Part shown: positions 13,297 to 26,542 of the stretch, piece after piece | How the letters are laid out: each line of letters opens with the position of its first letter | Numbering within the stretch: the stretch's first letter is position 1 | Source: Bugula neritina | Lineage: Eukaryota; Animalia; Bryozoa | Length of the DNA: 64,000 nucleotides | Direction: 5' to 3' | Assembly (NCBI GenBank): GCA_964035545.1 | Contig: OZ037769.1 | Span: forward strand, 12,058,633 to 12,122,632 | Program-made: the position numbers and the translations under genes | Notes under the pieces: model-generated | The model's database searches: none | Told to the model about the DNA's origin: nothing | The model's input: the letters and a program-made list of their open reading frames with translations, nothing else

Positions 13297-13527
13297 TGTT
13301 TTAGTATATTACATTAGTTTATGCTAATGTTTAATCTGTTTATAACTGATTAAAATTGCATATTATTTTTAATATTTATTCAGTACATCTGTCGCGTAAA
13401 ACCCATAACCATAAAAACTGATTTATAATGAATTGTTGATATAAAGAACAAAAGAACACAATTACAAAGTATATAACATGTAATTATAATAAGAGAATGC
13501 AACTGCAAATTACATAACATTACAACA
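13297..13527 (-). repeat. 5' LTR of Gypsy 2 (~230 bp; outer boundary approximate)
   Basis: Minus strand TGTTGTAA...CTAAAACA directly followed by PBS TGGTGGCAG. Confidence 0.6.
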
Positions 13528-13961
13528 CATACTACCATATTATTATAGCCTACTACTTTGAAAGCTGGACTATTACAATATTTTGCCTCACCTACTATCT
13601 TCAGTGTTGTGATTAACTCTTTCATATATGACAGTTGGATATCATGATCGGAATTAATCAGGTCTAGTCCAGCACTTCTATTCAGAAGCTACCAAGATAT
13701 TTATAATATAGGCTAAATTAAATTTGCCTGTTAACTATCAAAAACTGTTTTTAAATGTGCCACATATTTTTCAGAAGACAAGGCATTCTGTTTTCTTACC
13801 ACGGCAATCATTTTTGACATTAGTTCTTTCAAGGAATTTATTTCTGCCCGTCAAACAATAATATCGGACTGCTGCACCAGAAACAATCAGTAAGACAGAG
13901 CAGATTATTTTGAATAGTGTAGCTACAATAGTATGTATTCACAGTATCTGTGTATAATAAA

Positions 13962-14174
<213 letters not shown>

Positions 14175-15434
14175 GCTACAAAATTGTTAACATCAGTGAC
14201 TTATTAGAGCAATCTATAACACACACATACACACACACTTATCAATTATCAATTACCGATTACCAATCACTGATTACCGATTATCGATTACCCAAAGCTA
14301 TATTAAAGCCTAAAATTAATATAGCCACTTTAAATTGTCTTTAAAAAATTGTCATTAAAACTGATATTTTCACTTCCAAAAAATTGGTTAAATGTGTTCA
14401 TTACCCATCACTGCAACATGAGGTGTTTATCTGTTCTAACAGCCATATTGTTTGCATAACCTCTATTCTCAAAATGAAGTCAAACAATCGAGTCTATATG
14501 GCAAAGCAACAGATTGGAAAATATTGCTTTATGCATAAAAAAGAATTTGATTTCTCATTTGTCACCCAATCAGCTTAGAGCACTCAGCGAGTTCAATCAG
14601 CAATTAAATACATGCTTTGTTTTGTGTTTCTTTATAATTGTAAAAGATTGAGCTTGTTGCTAGAATATAACAAAGGCTTTTCCATTGAACTATTCAGTTC
14701 TTCACTGACATCCAAACACAACATTGGGGACATGGTAACACTAAGGTGTATCCCTTATGCTTATCGTGTTTGCAAAAATGTCATCTCACTTTCTATCTAG
14801 ATGTTACCTTTCAATGAAAGCTTACTACTGCTAACTCACTGGCTAATTAAACATTCGTCATGATAAAATCTGACAGAATACACAAAATCGGTGTCAAAAA
14901 TTGCACGGCATGTACGAGTAACATAATTTAGAAAAAAAAATAAGGTGTGATGTTATTGCTGAAAGACCTTGCCTTATTTGTTTGCTCAAACCAAGTACAA
15001 TTCGAATATATAAGTCGTGACTCTCGCCGTCAAGATTTCTAAGACTCCAAATGATAATAAGTGTGTATGTGCTTCAGTGACCCTACTGTTAAGATCCTTA
15101 GAAATAACATTTTAAGACTATTTTTCCTGTTTTTGACATCATTGTCATATAATATTACAGTGATGCCAAGTTCGTGAAAAAATGATTTGCTGTACAAATA
15201 TTATTTAGGCAGCTTTATGACCTGTGGTGGGCCAGTTCAGAAGAGAGCATGTGACACCCATTTAGTCATGACTCGTATTGGCTTGTCCTTGCCTATCATA
15301 ATATGCCCTTGTGTATGCAAAGGGAATAGATTTGGAGAAGTAAGAACTGGAAATTCGAATCTTGCACACAGTTCTATGCTGATCATCTTCTGTTCGGAAT
15401 AACAGCAAAAAATCAGTGAGGATGCCTGAGCAAA

Positions 15435-15480
15435 CAAGTTTTACTTTGCTGAGTGGAATGTAAGGACCTTAATAGATATA
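15435..15480 (+). mobile_element. Remnant of an RTE-like LINE endonuclease start
   Basis: Translates KFYFAEWNVRTLID, resembling the WNVRTL N-terminal APE motif; sequence decays afterwards. Confidence 0.35.
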
Positions 15481-18466
15481 TAAGGCTACATGCATTCAAT
15501 AAACCCAAAAAATATGATCCGCAGACCTGAATAAACTGAGAACAGTCATTGTCAATCTGACGGACTGCTATGATGATGATGACATTATAATGATAGCTCA
15601 TATCTATGAGAAATTATACAGAAAATGGAGCTTTTTCACATACTTCCTTTTTTTGAAATGTTAATTTCTTTTAATGCTATGCCACTTTAAAAAAATGCTG
15701 ATACCCCCTCCTTTAGTTATCCTATAACTACTCACAATTCTTGCTCATTATTCTTCATCTCTCAATTTTGATTATTGGCTTGCCAGTCACGTATCTCTTA
15801 AACTGAGCCTTGATGACTTTAGCATTATAACTTCAAGTACAGCCAAGTTACATATTTACCTACCACCGGTGATATATACTGTCTACAAGCCACTTACTGT
15901 AACACGAAATGCATTTAATTTGTAGTTATTAATAATTTCATAGTTTGCTAAGCTTCACTAGCTCAGTCTTCGGTCAGATAGCATATAATAATTACTTTTC
16001 TGGCATGATAGATTTTAGCTTTGAACTCACTGAAACTTTGAGACACATTTGAAACAAACTCCTACTTTGCTCAGATGTTAATATTAAAATGATATTCCAG
16101 GTAATTAAATAAGTGAAGTGTTTTTATTCTGTACTCTGTACAGTAGGATTTTGGTGGCATAACGTTATAGATATAAACTATATTATTATATTCATATACC
16201 TATAATTAAGCAGCATACTAAGAAATATATTTTTCCCATTCTGCAAACTTCAAATCTACTCTCATAACTAAGTTACTGAACAGTTTAAACTTACATTTGC
16301 AGTTTCTAGATTATCTCCAACAATTGCTATGAGCTGTGACTCACATAATTTGGATGAAAATTAAGAATTTTCGGCTGATACATCAAAAATAGAAATGTGT
16401 TTTTATAAGTGTTAAGTATACAAAGCAAGTAATACCATTTGCAATAACAACTGACAGCTAGTTTTAAGCAAATGATTAGAGCGTCAAATGGATATATATA
16501 ACATTGGTTTCAACTATCGTCTATCTAATGCTTTATAATAACTGCTGCAATAATCAACCATATGTATGTCAATATTTTACAGCATGCTGACTAGTTTATT
16601 TTATTTCGGGGGAGGGAGGGAGTTATAGTTATCAGAAAGCAAGGATTTGATGTTTTGAATTCAGAAAGACTGTATCAGTCTATTTATAACAACCTTGTAG
16701 TATAATCTTCTAAATGCTCACCTATAATATATTTTACAATAATATTGCAATATTAAAATGTTAAAACAAAGCATTATTTTACATTCCTCACCTCACCCCC
16801 CCTCCCCCCCCCAGATAATCTAGTTAATAGTTCATTGCATTTGTTTAAGCGTGTATGTAGATTGAATTATTCCTCACATAGAGCTCAGTTATCGATTACA
16901 ACAGCATATTGTAGAATATTGCATATGGTTGATAACTGCAGTAGCTACAACGTATTGAACTTATAGGCGATAATTGAAACCAATGTTATATATATATATA
17001 TATCACATTTGACTCTTTAATCGTTTGCTTAAAACTAGCTGTCAGATGTCACTGCAAAAGAATTACTTGCTTTGTATACTTAACATTTATAACAACACAT
17101 TTCTGTCATTGATGTTTATATATCAGCTGAAAACTCCTATTTTTCATCAAAATTATGTTAGTCACATTTCACAGCAATTATTGGCGATATTATAATAACT
17201 GAAAATGTAAGTTTAACTAGTCCAGCAACTTAGTAAGCAATGAATATTTTGTAAAAACAAGTTATTGGGAAGATTTGAAGTTTGCGCAACATGAAAAGAT
17301 ATAGAGAAGGGTGTGGTTAATTCAAACAAAGATTGCGTTCTCGAGCATAGGTTGTGAAAAATAATATTGCCAGCCTAAAGACCAGCACCGTGAAACTCAG
17401 TCATATGTGGCCATATTTTTCCATTAAAACTGAATGCATAAAAATTTTACTCACCAAGATAAAGCCTATTTTCAACCCGTAGGTTTATTGGCACAACACA
17501 CCCTGTATGGAGCTTCAGTCTATGGCATATGCTTAACAAACTTTTTGAGTGTGAGAATGTGTGAATTTTTTATCCTAATAAAACTCCATTTTAGACATGA
17601 TTTTGCTAGTTAGAAAAGCTACAGATATTAATGGTGTAAATTCTGTTATTTGTAAAACATCATTATGAGTGTTATATTATAAAAGGATTTAGAAGCAAAA
17701 TATTTTCAATGATAAAGATTAAAATAGTAGAGTTATAGAAACATCTTTATTTGTACGAACTGAAATTTATGCTATGACATTAAAAAGTTGTAGTATTTGC
17801 TGTTACAATTACTTAAAGAAAATTTATCTATACAGCGGTGTAGCACTAGTAATGCTAACCTTTGCTCACTTTTCTTTTCCATGTCCTGATTGGGTAGAAG
17901 GATTATAAGAGCACTATAATTAGTGATGATTTTTTAAATGAAAAAGTCATTTCCACATATTCTGTTTTGTCATTAATTAAAATGCGAGCTTCATATGTAA
18001 GCTCATTTTTCAATCAATTATATGTTTTAACTATAGTTATATAAATAGGCACTTGGACTTATATAACATTGCTATTTTTGCTGTTTTATTGCTACATTTT
18101 CAAAACATATAAGAATAATTCAATGAAACCAGTTATGAAAAACTTCCGTCAGCAAACCGATGATGTGAATGCATCGTATAACTATAAAAAGGTGAAAATG
18201 TAAACACGTCTATATCTTGACAAAGCACAATGCTAATTTTACTCTGTTTCTTATACTATAATGATGACTATAAAACATGAATTAATTTATCTGAAATCAT
18301 TTGCTACAAATTTTATTTTCTATTGTGCATTTTGATGGTATTTTTTAACAAGTCTAGTCAATTCTGATATTTGTTTGAAAGCCTGCATCCTGCATGTTTC
18401 ACATTTGTGGGGCATATTATAGTTTCTTCTGTGTTTGTCTTTATATGATTGTCTAAACTAAACTAA

Positions 18467-20305
18467 ATGATAATTGAAGTTCTTTCTACAACTTACGCAC
18501 TTGTATTGCCTTTCTTCACTATGTGTTCTCACAGAAGTGTTATACAGAAGTATAAAACAGAGCGAAAATCTTGCAAAACATTGCTTCGTCACAAGAAGAG
18601 GAACTATGTAGTTGAGAAGGTATGTAAACCATTAGAGAGGGGAAATTCCAAGCCTTTTTTCAAACACCTGAGGCAAAAAACTGGTCAAGATAATATTTCT
18701 ATGTCTCTTACTGACCCTGATACTAATCAACTAACTGACAACTCACTGAGATGCGCTGAAATCTTGAACAGTTATTTTTATAGTCAGTTCTGCCAAGATC
18801 ACCAGGTGTCACAATATCCAAATTATAGCAGTGATACTCATAACATATGCATATCCATCAAGGGGCTTGAGTCACTTATTAGAGGTTTGGCAAATGGTAA
18901 ATCACCGGGGCCAGACGGCATAAGAAAACCAGACCTATTAGTTGATACTGGAATAAATGCCACTTGTCTTCAGCACATATACCATGCCTCACTTAAATCT
19001 GGAAAACTACCAAGAGAGTGGAAACTTGCTAATGTAACCCCAATACATAAAGGAGGAAGCAAGGAATCACCACAGAATTATAGGCCTATCTCTCTCACAA
19101 GCATTCCGTGCAAAATGCTTGAGCACATAATCCTGCACTACCTGAATGCAACCCTTGACAATATACTTCACAACAGGCAGCATGGTTTTCGGAAGGGAAT
19201 GTCATGCGATACTCAGCTGTGCTCAACATACCATGACATTGCCAAAGCGCACGACCAATCACAAGACACACATGCAATTGTTCTAGACTTTAAAAAAGCA
19301 TTTGACAAAGTCCCCCATTCCCTACTACTACTGAAACTACGTCGCATTCCAGAAGTTAACCCACAGATTATAAATTGGATTCAAGATTTCATCACCAACA
19401 GAAAACAGAGAGTTGTAATCAAAGGCTCATGCTCAACTGAGCTCCCAGTAACATCGGGCGTCCCCCAAGGATCTGTACTAGGACCCACACTATTCTTGGT
19501 CTATATTAACGATTTACCAAGTTGTGTCAATTGTTGTGTCAGTCTTTATGCAGATGACACCCTGTTGTACCAAAGAGTAAACTCAGAAGCAGATGCTGCA
19601 GACTTCCAGGTCAATATCGATGCAGTATATAACTGGTCCCAACAGTGGAAGATGCCTTTTAATGAAAGTAAATGCCATGCTATATCATTTGGTCGCCAAA
19701 CAGGCCTTCCATCTTATAAGCTTGGGAGTACACCTGTCCAATGGACTGAAGAGACCAAGTATCTCGGTGTGACCATGCAGAGTAACCTTAAATTTGACAA
19801 ACACATTGTGCTGAAATCACAAAAAGCTAGCAGAGTCCTAGGAGCAATAAAGTTTGCTCTCCATGATGCTCCAAAAAATGGCAAACTCTTGGCTTACACC
19901 AGCCTCTGCCGTCCATTGTTGGAGTATGCAGATACCCTCTGGGATCCTTATTTAAAAACCACCATACATGATATAGAAATGGTTCAGAATCGTGCTGTGA
20001 GGTTCATATCAGGTCTCAAGGGGCGAGAGAGTGTTAGTGACGCTCGATGCGAACTGGGTCTACTACCATTACAAACGAGGCGTAAAAATCATAGACTCAC
20101 ACTATTGACACGTATTCTACAGTCTGAAGCCACACACAGTACACTTGCATCAGACTATGATGAGGTTGTGGAAAATCGCTCTCTCATGTCCGTAACTACG
20201 AGATCAGCAGCCCAAGGTTTACCCAACTCCATTTCTTCTCGCTCTAGCTGTTACCACCAAAGTTTCTTACCAAGAACGATACGCGACATGAGAGGATTTA
20301 CCTAG
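18467..20305 (+). CDS. LINE ORF2 reverse transcriptase (endonuclease domain missing)
   Basis: 612 aa with KSPGPDGI, NYRPISLTSIPCKMLE, QHGFR, LDFKKAFDKVPH, GVPQGSVLGP, YADD, KYLGV. The first ~25 aa are probably flanking DNA that happens to be in frame. Confidence 0.9.
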   Translation: MIIEVLSTTYALVLPFFTMCSHRSVIQKYKTERKSCKTLLRHKKRNYVVEKVCKPLERGNSKPFFKHLRQKTGQDNISMSLTDPDTNQLTDNSLRCAEILNSYFYSQFCQDHQVSQYPNYSSDTHNICISIKGLESLIRGLANGKSPGPDGIRKPDLLVDTGINATCLQHIYHASLKSGKLPREWKLANVTPIHKGGSKESPQNYRPISLTSIPCKMLEHIILHYLNATLDNILHNRQHGFRKGMSCDTQLCSTYHDIAKAHDQSQDTHAIVLDFKKAFDKVPHSLLLLKLRRIPEVNPQIINWIQDFITNRKQRVVIKGSCSTELPVTSGVPQGSVLGPTLFLVYINDLPSCVNCCVSLYADDTLLYQRVNSEADAADFQVNIDAVYNWSQQWKMPFNESKCHAISFGRQTGLPSYKLGSTPVQWTEETKYLGVTMQSNLKFDKHIVLKSQKASRVLGAIKFALHDAPKNGKLLAYTSLCRPLLEYADTLWDPYLKTTIHDIEMVQNRAVRFISGLKGRESVSDARCELGLLPLQTRRKNHRLTLLTRILQSEATHSTLASDYDEVVENRSLMSVTTRSAAQGLPNSISSRSSCYHQSFLPRTIRDMRGFT

Positions 20306-20476
20306 CTTACCTATCAATTTTCCTTTTAAATATCACTATCTAAATTGAATAATATCAGCGGTAATGCGGAAGCACTAAAAAAAACGGAGCACTCACTGTC
20401 ACACACATGAGGCGCTCTACTAACGTCATATGATGGTCAAGAGCGTTCTACCTCATCAGAGGTAATCAGAGGTAAT
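18540..20476 (+). mobile_element. 5'-truncated non-LTR retrotransposon (CR1/L2-group LINE)
   Basis: Open RT ORF to 20305, ~170-nt 3' UTR, and a (CAGAGGTAAT)2 tandem tail at 20457-20476. The 5' junction is approximate. Confidence 0.9.
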
Positions 20477-21747
20477 ATGAAAAGTTACAGACGTTTTTAG
20501 TTTAAAATCCTGACCACATATTTTGCATTTGTATCGCTTTTCTTCAGTATGTATTGTCATGTGAGCATTTAGGTCACATTTTTAGCCTAAAAGAATTTTT
20601 GCATTTTCACTTTTATAAGGCTTTTTGTTCTTTGTAAGCTTTTATGTGTTTGATTATAACAGCTTGCTAAGTAAAGGAATTATCTTATGATAGCTTTGCT
20701 GTTGCGGTCTTATAAAGAAATTGGACGTTGAACAAAGATATATATTTTATACTTGTTAATTGATTTAGTTGTTAAAGCTGGCGTTATACAATGTATCTTC
20801 TCCTCATTGAGATGATTAGCTAATTGAAACCGCTAAGGTTTATCAAAAAAAGTCTCTGTGGTAAGGTAGGATTTAAAGCCTGTACATATGCATGCCTATA
20901 GCATGACAATTGTCACAAGCTGCGCTAATATATACTTTACAGCAATCCATATTTGAAAATATCATTACCTGTCCATGAAATGCCATACTTTTTCTGTTAG
21001 CTGCTGGGGCGGGTTGCCAATGCAAACTGTAAAAGAGCATATAAGACAGCATTTAAACTTGCTATATATCATTTTCAATGTCATGTTATAATAATTTGGA
21101 GTTATCTTATAGAAATCATATTCATACTTTGTTCCTTATGTTTTGTTTAGACGATATAGCTACAGCAGCATGAACTTTAAATTCATCATTAAGATAGTTG
21201 CACATTATATATGGTTGATTGTTCCCAAGTAGAAAGTATTAGGTTCTGGTTCACTTTCTTTATTTAGATAAGCTAACTTTAAAACATTATGATTAGAGCT
21301 ACCTTGATGCTGTGGGTTGCTCTGCATACTCTGGCAAAATGGTTCATTTTGTTGCAATTAGGGCACTGTTTATCGTAGGCAAATAATTCCCATTGACTGT
21401 GTTTATAGTATATTATATTTAAAGCACTTGCCATCAAATATATAGTAGACGATTACCATTTTATCACTGAGTCAATGCCCCTCTGAAAGATATAGAACCA
21501 TCAAATATAGAGGAGCATGGGGCAGAGACATAGCGTTTTACGGCATTGTGTAAACAATTTGAACAATCAATTATTTTAATTAATTTAACAGAGTATTCTA
21601 AAGTTTTTCCAATTTTGTTAATGTGTACTTATTATAGCCTGTATTTACAGTAAATTTTGCTACGTGTTTTCATGTCTGTGATGTGTAATAAACCAATCAA
21701 CCAATCAATATAATTATTTCAGTGAAATTGCTATATTGTATCTATAT

Positions 21748-22785
21748 TTCACACCTTTCACACCTATACCGTTGTAGTCCTGTACGGGTGACCGGTCTGC
21801 AGGCTTCCAATCTCTATCAGCATCCGCCATCTTTCTCGGTCTTCTGCATCCTATGGTTTAAAGCCTCAATGCTTCATGTCATCTCCTATTGTGTCCATCT
21901 TCGTTTGGTCATCCTCTCTTTCTTTTTCTCACTATCTTCAACTCAGTCACATATCTAATATCCTCTTCACTATCTCTCCTCTGCACATGACCATACCCCT
22001 AAAGTCTTCTCTTCCTCATATGCCTAGACACAGGTTTAACCTTAGCTTCGCTCCTTATGTCTTCATTCCTGACATGATCCTCCCAGTTTATTCCATGTAT
22101 GTGTCTGAGCATTCGCATTTTGGTTGCCTCTATCCTCTGCATGTTCTTGCCTTTGGGTGATAGGCCATGTTTCATTGCCATATATCAGTGTTGGTTTTAT
22201 GATTGTTTTGTAGATTAATACCTTCAGTTGCTTAAGCACTTTTTTATCACACAGAACTCTTGATAGGTCCCTCCATCTATCCTACGCTGCACTTATTCTT
22301 CTTGTGACTTCGGCCTCACAGCTTCCATCCTGATCTATCACCATCCCCAAATACTTGAACTTGTTTGTTGTTGGGAGCTCAATGTAATTTTCCTGGTCAT
22401 ATTTCTTCATTCTGATCCTGGTGGTGCTATCCTTTGGCGGAAGATGCTCAATTTTCCTCTGGCTCACCTTGAGACCTTTGTCCTCTAGATAACCACGCCA
22501 TGTCTCGAATCTCTCTTCTACTTGTCCTCTCTCTCTATTGCAAATAACTAGGTCATCTGCAAAGAGCATTGCCCAAGGTGTTTCCTCATCCATTTTTTTA
22601 GATTACATCCAATATGACTATGAACAGGAAAAGACTCAACGCAGATCCCTGGTGCAATCCCACTTCAATATCTATCTCTTCTGTTGCTCCTTCACTGGTT
22701 GTAACTGATGTAGTGCAGTTCTTGTACATATCCCCGATAATCCAAACATAATGCTCTGGTACACCTTTCTTTCTTAAACAGTATC
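21748..22785 (-). mobile_element. RTE-clade LINE 3' fragment, decayed
   Basis: Translates YCLRKKGVPEHYV...VGLHQGSALSLFLF...PWAMLFADDLVIC...FKYLG...MRMLRHIHG; tail is (AGGTGTGAA)2 at ~21748-21766. Confidence 0.88.
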
Positions 22786-23473
22786 TACATAATGGTTACA
22801 AAAAATGCAGTGTGCAATTACTAGACAATAACATTTGCTCTGATTACTAAAGAAGGTGTGACAGTATAAACATAATCATCATAAGCAAGAAAGTCTTCAA
22901 TTTATTCAAATATTTCTTGCTCAAACAAAGACATAGGTGTGGATAGTTGAGCACATTATATTTAAAACAATACATAATCATTGAAGCCAGACTAGGTTTT
23001 AGTTCTTTTTTTATTTGAAGCCATTTTGGAAAAATGCATGCGTTTATTTATTGCAATCTATAACTTACTAAAGCTATACTTTAGGAAATATTTGCAATTT
23101 GGCAGAGCACGAACAGCCCCTGACAAATGAGAGCATTGGGGCTTTAAACCAGGAGATACAGAAAACCGGGAAAGATGGAGGACACTGATAGAGATTTGGG
23201 CCTATAACCTGGCATATATGGTAACCAATTTAGACCTATTATAGCTGTCATGTCATACTTTCTACACAGTACCCACTTTGTACATTATGTTTGAAATTTG
23301 ATACTTTAATAATGCAAGTAACCATAGTAACTACTGAGTGGAAAGTGTATTCAAAATATTAATTTTAGCAATTTGTTTGAAATATATAACATAACGTACT
23401 TATACCAAAATCATGACATTAAATAATTTTGTTTGTTTGACAGTGATGACTCAATAAAAGCATATCTTTCATA

Positions 23474-23525
<52 letters not shown>

Positions 23526-23648
23526 TATAATATATATATAATATATTATATATAATATATATATAATATATAATATGATATATATTATACATATATATAT
23601 ATATATATATGTGTGTGTATAATATAATATATATAATATATATAATAT

Positions 23649-24078
<430 letters not shown>

Positions 24079-24090
24079 GTATATATATAT

Positions 24091-24295
24091 TATAAATAGG
24101 TATACGAGAAACATTGTTGATTTATTACTTTATTAGGTAAAGTAATTACACTGATATTTCGGGTACCACTGTACCCATCTTCATAGTAGCAGAGTGCTAC
24201 TCTGAAGATGGGTACAGTGGTACCCGAAATATCAGTTTAATTACTTTACCTAGTAAAGTAATAAATCAACAATGTTTCTCGTATACCTATTTATA
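24091..24295. repeat. Near-perfect palindrome of Penelope-like terminal repeats with a minimal hammerhead motif
   Basis: 101-bp arms, GAG loop at 24192-24194, 3 mismatches. Right arm contains ACT-CTGAAGA-T-GGGTAC-AGTG-GTACCC-GAAATATC-AGT and AATAAA. Confidence 0.85.
24199..24236 (+). ncRNA. Minimal type I hammerhead ribozyme motif (dimer-type, predicted)
   Basis: CUGAAGA core, 6-bp stem II with AGUG loop, GAAA, palindromic AUAU in place of stem III, AUC cleavage site, 3-bp stem I (ACU/AGU). Confidence 0.6.
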
Positions 24296-24367
<72 letters not shown>

Positions 24368-24725
24368 AAGCAAAGTATAATGTTACATAAAACTTGAGTA
24401 GAAAGACACGCTTTCATTCTTTATAATCAATAATTTTGAATTATTTTCATATTCAACAAATCCATTGAAGTTGCATAACGTATGGTGGCAATTCTTTCTC
24501 CAATATAACCATATATAATATAAACTTTATATTAGTTGTTTGATAAGTTTATTGAACTCGTGTCTGAAAAAGGTTATCAAGTCATTTTGTTTAAGATTGA
24601 ATAACTGGTAATCAATAAATGAGTGGTTTATTTGCTTATGTTTAGTGACTGGCAGTGATATCATTTCAAACAAATATCTCAGTGATATAGTAGTCTGTTA
24701 GCACTTTAATACTAACCTTTAAGAG

Positions 24726-26470
24726 ATGCAAGTTTTATCAGCTTTTGTCTGTTTTACAGGTACATATTTTTTACTATTGTCTGTGTATATGAGAATGTAT
24801 CTATTGTTTGTGTGGTTTATTGTCATTTTAGAGTTTAGATAAATAATTTGTCATTGATCTTCAAAGAAGACTGCATTAATTAGAAATAACAGATGCCTTG
24901 AGCTTTTTTTAATTTGAAAGAATATTTCAAGGCAATAAATTGTTATACACTTACTAATAATTATATGTGAAGGATTGTTTATTTTATATCATACATATTT
25001 TGCAACTTTTATTGTTAATAAATATCTAACTTTTAGTTTTAGTGCACCTAGTAATACCTGTTAAATGTCAATGCACAGCTAGTGGCATTGACAGATTCAG
25101 AAGATACAGCGTACCAGAAAACATGTCAGTCACAGATCATATGACAGGTGAATCAGTGTTTAGTCAGGTGGCTGAAATTTGTCTTCTAAAATGCGCAGAG
25201 GACAAGAAATATCTGGGAATGGTCTATAATGTCAGAACTAAAAGATGTTTCTTGAAAGAATGTGTGAATCCCCATCTGTTTGCTGAGTGGAGAGGATCGG
25301 AATCTGACTATTCTATTCAGATTTCGCAAAGAGCCAATGTGCAGCCAAACAGGCTCCTAGCAAGAGGTGATGTTGTTATAAGTTACATAATATTTCTATT
25401 ATAATAAATAGTCTCTGCTTAATAATAAAAGAAATACAAAATTTGCAAAAGAGAAAAGCACAATATAGTATTAAAAGACATCGCAGGTTGACAAAAAAAA
25501 GTTCATTCAAATTGCTACAACTTATTTTCTTTCGCACATTTTCGAACTTTTCATACATGTCTACTATAAATGAATATTATGTTTTTGCTGCCACCTAGAA
25601 ATGAGGCTTTAAACTGTAAGAAAAATTCAAAGTGTGAAAGGTGGAAATACAATTGTAAAATAAATGCCACTACTGGGAATCGAACCCGAGTCCTCTGGCT
25701 TGCAAGCAAGTGTGCTACCATTACACCACGGAGGCCACTGGGTAAACTGATCACTACAACAATTATTGCTTATAAATTGGTTGTAGGCAAACCAGCTAAG
25801 CTTTCAAGTGAACACATTGCAAAAACCTCTGAAATTTCGCATGGAGCTGAGAAAGCAGTTGATGGTATTTATATCAGTGACAACCATAGAGAATCAATAG
25901 CCCACAGCCAACCAGAATACAGACCCTGGTGGAGGGTGGATCTGGTTGATGTTTACTGTGTCTGGGCTGTCAACATTCTCAACAGAGGAAGAAGTAAGAG
26001 GCAAACTGCAGTTGTTGCTTTCTTTACACTTTTTTTAGTTTTAGCTATATTAACTTTCAAAAGAATTAATAAATTTCTTTTAAAATGCCGAACAATTGCT
26101 GTATATACCTTTATCAACCGTTTAGCATTCAATTAGTTTGTTTATTAGTAACATTTTTATGCTTTCAATAATTGTTTTAAAAATATTACAAAATTTGACA
26201 TCTAATTTTGCATTGTCTAACATTGTTATAGAATTAAATTTTGTTTATTATATAAATTTCCGCCAGCCAAAAATTCTATTTGGCCGAGTTAAAATTTCAT
26301 CGAGCTGAATTGCGTTGTAAAAGCGCACTCGTCAAAATTTTTGTACTGTGATAACTTAATCGGCCAATTTCAGAATAATAATCAAAAGGAATATTAACTC
26401 CTTGTATATATTGGGATTTATTTATGATTTTGGCAACTAGATGATGTAATACTAATTATTATTTGTTTAT

Positions 26471-26542
<72 letters not shown>

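Larger units (their letters stand above)
9149..13527 (-). mobile_element. Gypsy/Ty3 LTR retrotransposon 2, decayed, interrupted by two insertions, lacking integrase and 3' LTR
   Basis: LTR ~13297-13527; PBS TGGTGGCAG at 13288-13296; gag from ATG ~13202 (MEGITPPA*LDIRADDLSRVWRRWVRSF); CxxC knuckles and protease FKLDTGA (11620-12144); RT (PWVAPIVVVPK..VRICTDYTELN); RNase H (TEQKYAAFELEGL, ETDHRPL). Confidence 0.92.

Noticed and set aside
20440-20476. CTGATGAG on the minus strand at the LINE tail as a hammerhead
   Set aside because: No downstream stem II or GAAA; it is part of the tail repeat.
25665-25736. Functional tRNA gene
   Set aside because: Acceptor and anticodon stems are mispaired and the loop is not 7 nt; better explained as a SINE head or pseudogene.
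25570-26136. 188-aa ORF as a standalone gene
   Set aside because: It is lectin exon 3 extended into intron and SINE sequence.
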